A DNA stretch of 64,000 nucleotides from Prosthecobacter sp. (GTDB taxonomy: Bacteria; Verrucomicrobiota; Verrucomicrobiia; Verrucomicrobiales; Verrucomicrobiaceae): contig JBILVU010000002.1 in the NCBI GenBank assembly GCA_044370285.1, positions 22,785 through 86,784 on the forward strand, given 5' to 3'. The translations under genes and the position numbers were made by a program. The stretch's first letter is position 1. Each line of letters opens with the position of its first letter. Shown piece by piece: positions 42,987-50,800 of this stretch. The notes under the pieces were generated by a model that was not told the DNA's origin, searched no databases, and worked only from the letters and a program-made list of their open reading frames with translations.

Positions 42987-43322
42987 TTAAATCTCGCCAA
43001 AGTGCTTCTCACGGACGTCCACGATGGCGTTGAGCATCGTTTCGGCCTCACTGCGGACTTTAGCGTCGAGGCTGCTGGCGCTACGATTGAAGCGGCGATA
43101 GAGGAGCTTCAATTGGGCGCGGATTTCGTCCTTGCTCATCTTCGGCGTGATCTCGCAGAGCTCCTCGGGCGTTTGCACTCTGGCCGGAGCCGGAGGGGCG
43201 GCATTGCCTTTGGCGACTTGGTTGAGCACACCGCCTTTGGGGGCCTCGACGGGCTTTTTGACCTCGGCAGCGGGTTTGTGACCGGTGAGAGACTTCGAGA
43301 GGGATTTGAGGATCTTGAACAT
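42987..43322 (-). CDS. small J-domain-like protein lacking the HPD motif (candidate co-chaperone)
   Basis: 111 aa. Basic/Pro-rich N-terminus, then EITPKMSKDEIRAQLKLLYRRFNRSASSLDAKVRSEAETMLNAIVDV. This resembles J-domain helices II-III with NRS where HPD is expected. Lies 34 nt downstream of the Hsp70 gene. Confidence 0.45.
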   Translation of the reverse strand: MFKILKSLSKSLTGHKPAAEVKKPVEAPKGGVLNQVAKGNAAPPAPARVQTPEELCEITPKMSKDEIRAQLKLLYRRFNRSASSLDAKVRSEAETMLNAIVDVREKHFGEI

Positions 43323-43356
43323 AAATGGCGTGATTTGAGGTTCCTGAGTCCTGGGG

Positions 43357-44847
43357 TTATTCGATGCGCATCGCTCGCAGATGGGCGCTGCGGCGCTTGA
43401 GTTCCTCGTCGCTCAAAACGCCAGCTCCCTTGTAGCTGACGGCGACTTCCTTGCTGCGGCCGGATTGCTTATCGACGATGAGGGCGCGGACGCGCTGGTT
43501 TTCGTCGTAGCTGAAGGTCACGGCGATCTCGCAGCCCTTCGGACGGCCGGCGGGCACGTCGAGGGTGATGCGGCCGATGACATCGACGTATTTCGCGTCG
43601 GGGTCCTCGCCCTGAGTGATGTCCACCTCGATGATGCGCTCGTTGTCCTCGCTGGTCTGATACACCTGCGTGCGGGAGCAGGGGATCGGCGTGTTTTTCG
43701 GGATGACGATGGAGTTCATGAGCTTCTCCTCCTTCGTCTTGGCGTTGTAAACCATCGCGAGAGTGCCGTAGCTGGCATTGCAGACCTCTTGGATCTTGGC
43801 GGACTTCTTGGCGAAGAGCGCCGCACCGAGGGCCACGCATTCATCGACATTGCCGCAGCTCTTGGGCACCTTGCCGAACATCTTTTCGAGGATGACCTTC
43901 ACCTTTGGAATGCGGGTGGAGCCGCCGACGAGCACGACGTGGTCGATGTCGCTCGTTTTGAGCTTCGCGGAGTCCAAAGCCTGCTCCACGAGGAAGACGG
44001 TGCGGGTGAGCATGTTGCGGATGAGCTTCTCAAAGTGCTCGCGGGAGAGATCAATGCGGGCGATGCCGGAATTCTGATCGTTGGCGACGGTGTCGTTCAC
44101 GCGTTGGAGCTTCGAGAGCATCTTCTTGGCGTCTTCCGTGGCCTGGAGCACACGGCGGCGGTGGCGTTCGTCGGAGAAAAGCTCCGCGCCGGTCTGCTTC
44201 TTGTATTGCTCCGCGTAGGCATCGAGGAGGATGTCGTCAAAATTGCTGCCGCCGAGGTGGCGGGCACCTTCGGAGGTGAGGATCTTGATGTTGTCGCCCT
44301 CGACTTCGAGGATCGTGGTGTCCAGCGTGCCGCCGCCCAGGTCATAGACGAGGATGCGGCCCTTCACGCCCTGCGAGTGAGCGTAATACACGGCAGCGGC
44401 GGTCGGTTCGTTCACGAGGCGCTTCACCTTCATGCCGGCCATTTCAGCGGCGGCGATGGTGCTCTTGCGGGCGAGTTCGTTGAAGTTAGCTGGCACGGTG
44501 ATGACCACATCGGTGATGTCTCCGCAGATTTTGGAGCAGTCACGCTTCAGCTTGGAAAGGATGAGCGCGGAAATCTCGGCGGGCGTCCATTTCTTACCGT
44601 CGATCTCCACGAGATGCTCGGGATCGTCCATGTGGCGCTTGATCTGGAAGATCGTGCGGTCCGGCTCACCGCCATCGCGTGCGGCGCTGCCCACGAGCTT
44701 CACATCCTCATGCGAATCGAAAAAGACGACGGAGGGCGTGAGGCGCTCGCCATCGGAATTCGGGACGATTTCCGGATTGCCGTCCGGTTTCAGGTAGGCC
44801 AGGCCCGAGAGGGTCGTGCCGAGGTCGATGCCAACGTATTCAGCCAT
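43357..44847 (-). CDS. Hsp70-family ATPase lacking the C-terminal helical lid
   Basis: 496 aa. GIDLGTTLSGLAY, DLGGGTLDTTILEV, VVLVGGSTRIPKV, then a beta-sandwich-like substrate domain (IPKNTPIPCSRTQVYQT...IEVDITQGE...VTFSYDENQRVRALIVD). Ends where DnaK would begin its lid. Confidence 0.9.
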   Translation of the reverse strand: MAEYVGIDLGTTLSGLAYLKPDGNPEIVPNSDGERLTPSVVFFDSHEDVKLVGSAARDGGEPDRTIFQIKRHMDDPEHLVEIDGKKWTPAEISALILSKLKRDCSKICGDITDVVITVPANFNELARKSTIAAAEMAGMKVKRLVNEPTAAAVYYAHSQGVKGRILVYDLGGGTLDTTILEVEGDNIKILTSEGARHLGGSNFDDILLDAYAEQYKKQTGAELFSDERHRRRVLQATEDAKKMLSKLQRVNDTVANDQNSGIARIDLSREHFEKLIRNMLTRTVFLVEQALDSAKLKTSDIDHVVLVGGSTRIPKVKVILEKMFGKVPKSCGNVDECVALGAALFAKKSAKIQEVCNASYGTLAMVYNAKTKEEKLMNSIVIPKNTPIPCSRTQVYQTSEDNERIIEVDITQGEDPDAKYVDVIGRITLDVPAGRPKGCEIAVTFSYDENQRVRALIVDKQSGRSKEVAVSYKGAGVLSDEELKRRSAHLRAMRIE

Positions 44848-44897
44848 AAGAGTGGGAGGGTGAGAGATGAAATGTCAGAAGTAAGAAGTGAAAACGG

Positions 44898-47800
44898 CTA
44901 TTGGCTGGAGGTGCGGACTTCGACCTTCCGCAGGATTACCTCGTGTCCTTCGCTGCGCGAGTAGATAAAGCCGGTGCGGCAGCTTTCGACGACGCGGGGT
45001 TTGGCCTTGCCGGGCGTGCTGTCCACCACGGCGATGCGCTTACGCAGCTCGACATCGACCTCGGTGCCGCTGGGCACGTCAAACTCGGTGACGCCGTGCT
45101 GGAGGAGGATGTCCTCGAAGCTCTGCCGCAGCGTGTGGAGCTGGGTGACGATGTCATTGCCGCCGTTCACACCAGAGTAGCGTTCCTTCAGCGCGTCGAT
45201 GAGGTCGATGCGTTTGATCAAATCGTTGGCGAACATCACCACGGTCGATTCGTCCGTGCCGAGGCCTCGACGGAGGATTTCGTGCTTCTCTTCCAGCTCG
45301 CCGAGCTGGCCGCGGAGGCGTTTTTCGATCTCCTGCCAGTGTTTGAGCTGCGCCTCGGCCTGAGCCATCTCGCTGCGCTTCTCGTCGAGGCGCACAAGCT
45401 CGGCCTTCGTCTGCTCAATCTGGGTGACGATGCGGGCTTCGGCGGCGGCGTGATCGTTGATGCGCTTTTCCAGTTCGGCGATGCGCTTCTTCTGCTCCAC
45501 CTCGTAGTTTTGAAGCGTGGAGGCCTGCTTCTGGATGTCGCTGCTGAACTGCTTGAACTCCGCCTCGGCGGCCTCGCGGTCCTTGCGGGCCTGCTCGGCG
45601 CGAGTGGTCTCGCGGTTGAGGGTTTCCTGAGCGGCATTGACCTTCACCTGGATGGCGAGGTCTTCTTCCGAAGCCTTGCGAATGGCCTTCGTGATCTCGT
45701 TCTGGCGTGATTCGAGGTTCGAAATGGCCTCGCCAAGGCCGAGCATCTTGCCACCGACGTGGATGAACTCACTGAGACGCGTCTGATGGCTGTCGATCTT
45801 GCCTTGCAGCTCCTTGAGCATGCTGTCCGCGCCTTGCAGATCGAGCTTCTGATTATCGACGATCTTGGTGAGGCGCTCCTCGTCGGCCTTGAGGTTCTGC
45901 ACGCGATCAAGGCGGGTACGAAGCTCGTCGTCGATCGTGGCGGCTTCCTTCTTCGTGGCGGAAACTTTCGCCCGCAGGTCCTTCAATTCCTTGTCGGTAT
46001 CCGCGAGGGCGGCTTCGGCAGCGCGGGTCTGCTCCTGGGCGGCTTTGAGCTTGAGGCCTTCCTTGTCCACATCCTCCTGTGCTTTCATCACCCGCTGCTG
46101 GCGGAGTTGGTGGGCCTCTTCGAGCTGCTCGATCTGCTGCTGCAATTCGGCGAGCTTCTTGTTTTGCGTATCCGTGGTGACGTTGAGGCGCGTGACGAAC
46201 TGCGAGGCCTCGTCACGCTGCTTTGTGAAGGTGGAAAGAGCGGCTTGGATGCCGGCCAGTTCGGTGGTGAGCGTGGGAATCTGCTTCCGCAAAGCCTTCT
46301 CCTCGGCGCGGGCGTTTTCGAGGCTGGCATCGGCTTCGTTGCGGGCCTTTTCGGCGGCCTGCTGAGCGGCGAGAGCCTTCTGAAGACGGGCCTCGGTATC
46401 GGTGGCCTTGGTTTCGGTGGCTTTGAGCGTTTTGTTGAGGTCGGCGAGCTTGCTGGTCTCGGCTTTGAGGTCGGATTCGAGAGCCGCAAGGTCGAGGCGC
46501 AGCTTGTCCTGCTGCTTGCCGAGTGTGGCGACGTTCTTTTCCTCGGCGGCGCGGGTCTTTTCGGTGTCCTTGAGGTTTGTCGTGGCGGCGGCGAGGCGTT
46601 CGTTGATGTCTTCGAGTTCCTTGAGTCGCGATTCGCCCGTGGCGACGCGTTCCTGAATGCCTTTGAGGCGTGTCTCGGCCGCGTTGGCCTCGGAGAGCTT
46701 GGCTTTGACTTCCGCATCCAAGGTGGAGCGTTTTTCGCCGAGAAGCTTCTCGAGGTTCGTGGACTCGATGCGCAGCGCTTCGGTGGCCGTTTCGGCTTCC
46801 TGGCGTTGTTTGACGGCCAATTGCATCGCATCGAGCGCGGCCGTTTTGTCCTTCGTGAGAGCGGCGAGCTCGTCGGCGAGGTTTTGGGCCTGCGCACGCG
46901 TTTGCTCGACCTTGCCGCGAAGATCCGGCAGGAGCGCTTCGAGATCCGTGCGCTCTTTGGTGAGGCGCTGGGCTTCGGAGGCGATCTTGTCGCGGTTTTG
47001 CGTGGCGGCGGTGATGGCGGCGGAAAGCTCGGCGTGCTGCTTGCTGGCCTGATTGAGTTCCTTGAGGCGGTCTTCGAGCCCGGCGGTCTGATTCGTCAGC
47101 TCGGCCACGCGTTTCTCCGCGGCGACGATTTCCTTCTGCTTCGCGGCGAGGCTGTCCTGGAGGTTTTGATGATCGGACTGGGCGGCGGCAATGCTCTGCT
47201 GCGTGGTGGCGTGCGTGCTGGTGAGCGTGGCGATGACGGCCTCCAAGCCGCTGATCTTCTCCGCGAGCGTGAGATGATGCTGCGAATTCTTTTCCAGCGA
47301 GGCGACGGACGCGGCCAGCTCCTTCGTTTTCGTGGCGAGCGAGGCGGTGAGTTCTTCCAGTTCGCTTTTGGTGCTGGCGACTTGAGTGGCGAGCTTCTTG
47401 TCCTCGGCCTGAGTCGTCTTGAAGTGTGCTTCCGCTGTGGCGGCCAGTTCCTGGACGTTTTGGAGACGCTGCTCGGCGGTGGCGATTTGCGACTGGCGGT
47501 CGCTGAGATCGGTCTCGGCTTGTTTGATGTCCTCGCGGAGCTTGCCGAGATCGTGCGAGAGATTCGTCTGCTGATCCTCAATGGTGCGGACTTCTTTTTC
47601 GACGGCCTCGCGACGCGTGGTGAGTGTCTGGATGAGCAAATGCTGCGCCCGGCCATGCTCGGTGGCGGCGAGAAGCTCGCGGGTGCGCTCGTCGCGATCT
47701 TTGACCAGCGCGGCGACGGCGGCGACGACTTCCGCTTTGTGCGATTCGACGGCTTTGAGTGCCTCGTTGCTGTCTTTGAGGCGTGAATCGGTGTCCGAGA

Positions 47801-50800
47801 GATCGGAGAGCTTGTTTTCGAGGTCGGCAGCCTTGTCTTCGAGGGCTTTGACCTGCGCGGCGAGATCGTTCGAGCGAGTGGTGCGCAGTTCGATTTGGAG
47901 ATCGAGTTCGTCGCGTTCCTTGGTGGCGGCTTTTTGCTGCTCGGTGGCTTTGGCCTGGGCTTCGGCGGTCTGCTTTTGAAGCTCCGCCAGCTTGGCTTCG
48001 GCGGCTTTTTGCTTCGCGTCAAAATCGGCCTGTGCAGCATCGCGTTCCTTGCAGATGCGCTCGAACTCGCCCTTCGCAGCCTGCTGCTTCGCGTTGAAGT
48101 CATCGACCTCGGCGCGGAGCGTGGTGAGGCGCTGCTCGGAGCCGCTCACGTCTTTTTGATGCGTCGTCTGCGTGGCGAGAAGGGCGGCGATGGCCGTTTC
48201 AAGCACGCCACGCTGATCCTGCATCTGGCCGAGCTGCTTGGTGACCTCGACGAGCTTCGTCTCGTTGCCACGAAGCGCCTCGACGCGGGCTTTGAGCGCC
48301 GTTTCCTCGCCGCTGGTCTGGGCGAGGCGCTGCTGCGTGTCGAGAAGCTGCTCCTGCGCTTTTTGGAACGCCGCGTTTTTGGCTTCGAGGTCGTCGGTGA
48401 GCTTGGCGAGGTCTTTGTCGAGCTTTTGAAGCTCGGCGCCGCGTTTGGATTTCAGTTCGGCTTCGGATTTTTCGGCCTCGGCCTTGAGCTTGGTGAGTTC
48501 GGCGACTCGTGTTTCACTCGCGGCGATGTCTTTGGTGAGCGCGGAGAGTTTTTGCTCGGCGGACGAGGCGTCCGCGCTCTTTTGCGCCAGCGTGGTTTCG
48601 AGGGCTTTGAGGTCGCCGGAGAGCTTGTCGAGCTTGGTTTGGGCGGACGAGGCGTCCGCGCTCCTCGTGGTGATTTGCTCGGCGAGTTTCGCGGCCTCGG
48701 TCTGTTTCGCGGCGAGGTCTTTTTTGATGGCGTCTAGCTCGGCGGTGCTCTTTGAGAGGTCTCGGAGGCGTGTTTCGCCGGTAGCGATGTCGGCGGTGAG
48801 TTTGGCGAGCTTTTGCTCGGCGGACGAGGCTTCCGTGCTCCTTTGCGCCAGCGTGGATTCGAGGGCTTTGAGGTCGGAGGTGAGCTTGTCGAGCTTCGTT
48901 TGGGCGGACGAGGCGTCCGCGCTCCGGCTGGTGATTTGCTCGGCGAGTTTCGCGGCCTCGGTTTTCTTGGCGGCGACATCTTTGTCGAGGGCTTGAAGCT
49001 CGGCGCTGAGTTTCGTGCGTTGCTCGCCTTCGGATTTTTCGGCTTCGTTGCGGCGCTGGACGAGTTCTTTGATGCGGGCCTCGGCGACGCTGATCTCGGC
49101 GGTGAGCTTGCTGAGCTTTTCCTCGGCGGAAGTGAGCGCGGGCAGCTTGGCTTCGAGGGTTTGGGTTTGCTCGGTGAGCTGCTTGAGCCTTGCCTCGGTG
49201 GCGGTGGCGCTTTCGCTGAGCTTGGCAAATTCGGCCTGCTTGGCGGTGAGGCTGGCTTCGAGGCCTTGGAACTCGACGGCGCGTTTTTCGCCTGCGGCGA
49301 TGTCGGCGACGAGTTTGGAGAGATTGCGGCTCGCGGCGGCAGCCTCGGCCATGTTCGACGACAAGGTCGATTCGATGGCCTTTGCCTGATCGGTGAGCAG
49401 GGCGTGCTTTTTCTCGGTGGCGGTGAAGTCGGCGGTGAGCTTGTCGAGTTCGGCCTGCTTGGCGATGAGAGTCGCTTCGAGGGCTTTGAGTTCGCTGCCG
49501 CGCTTGGATTGAAGCTCGGCCTCAGATTTTTCGGCGTCGGCTTTGCGGGTGGTCAGCTCGGTGAGACGGGACTCGGCGCTGGAGATGTCGGCGGTGAGCT
49601 TCGAGAGCTTGGTTTCAGCGGACGAGGCGTCCGCGGTCCTCTGCGCCAGTGAGGATTCGAGAGATTGGAGCTTCGCGGTGAGGTCGTTGAGCTTCGTTTC
49701 GGCGGACGAGGCGTCCGCGCTCCGGGTGGCGAGCGTGGCTTCGAGAGCTTGGAGTTCGCTGCTGCGCTTGGATTTGAGTTCGGACTCGGACTTCTCGGCG
49801 TCGGCTTGGAGCTTCGTCAGCTCCGCGATGCGTGACTCGCTGGTGGCGATGTCTTTTTGAAGCGCAGCGAGCTTTTGCTCGGCAGCGGTGAGTTCGGGGA
49901 GCCGGGCTTCGAGGGCTTTCGACTGCGCGGTGAGCTGCTGGAGCTTCGTTTCAGCGGACGAGGCGTCCGCGCTCCGGGCGGTGAAAAGGGCGACGAGGGT
50001 GGCGAGTTCGGCCTGCTTCGAGGTGAGCGTCGATTCGAGGCCTTGCAGCTCGCTGCTGCGCTTGGATTTGAGTTCGGACTCGGATTTTTCGGCATCGCCT
50101 TTGAGCCTCGTGAGCTCGGCGAGGCGAGCCTCTGTGGTGGCGATGTCTTTTTGAAGGGCGGCGAGCTTTTGCTCGGCGCTGGCGGTATCGGTGGCTCGCT
50201 TGGCCTCGGCGGCGGAATGGATGCTTTCGAGGGCTTTTTGCGCGGTGGCGAGGTCGGCCTCGGCTTTGGTGACGAGGGTGCGGGTGGAATCGAGCTTGCT
50301 CTCGATGTTGCCGAGATCGCGGCGCTTCTGGTCAAACTTGGCGGCTTCGGCTTTGGCGTTTTCCACCTCGGCGCGGGCGTTTTGGACCTGCTGGCGGAGC
50401 GTTTCGGACTCGGACTTAAAGCCGGTGAGGCTGGTCTGGGTCTCGGTGAGTTCTTTTTTGCGGACTTCGAGCGTGGCTTCGAGGCTGCGGAGTTCATCGC
50501 GGCGACGCTGTTCGACCTCCGCCTCGATTTTCAGCGCGTCGCGCTGCTGGCGAAGCTTTTCGATTTCGTCGCGGAGATCGGCGGCTTGTTTCGCGGCGGC
50601 GGGGTCGGGCTTCGGGATGAGCGAGGGCGGCGGCGCGGCGGGAGACTTCTGCGAATCGCCGGTGGAGGAGGCCATGCGATGCACGACCGGCTTCGTCGGC
50701 TCGACCTTGCCGGTGTCTGGCGAAGGCGGTGACGTGTCGTCTTTGTCACGGGCGGGAATGCCCTCGGTATCGCCGCGGCGGCCGTCGATGCGCGGCGGCT

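Noticed and set aside
43381-44964. 527-aa plus-strand ORF opposite the Hsp70 gene
   Set aside because: Antisense shadow of a clear Hsp70.
48558-49974. Seven copies of a 22-nt palindromic core, which at first glance looks CRISPR-like
   Set aside because: Spacings are irregular (84, 177, 84, 714, 84 and 252 bp). The flanking sequence is also repeated. Everything is in frame within a long ORF and encodes a repeated peptide. No cas genes are present. These are coding tandem duplications.
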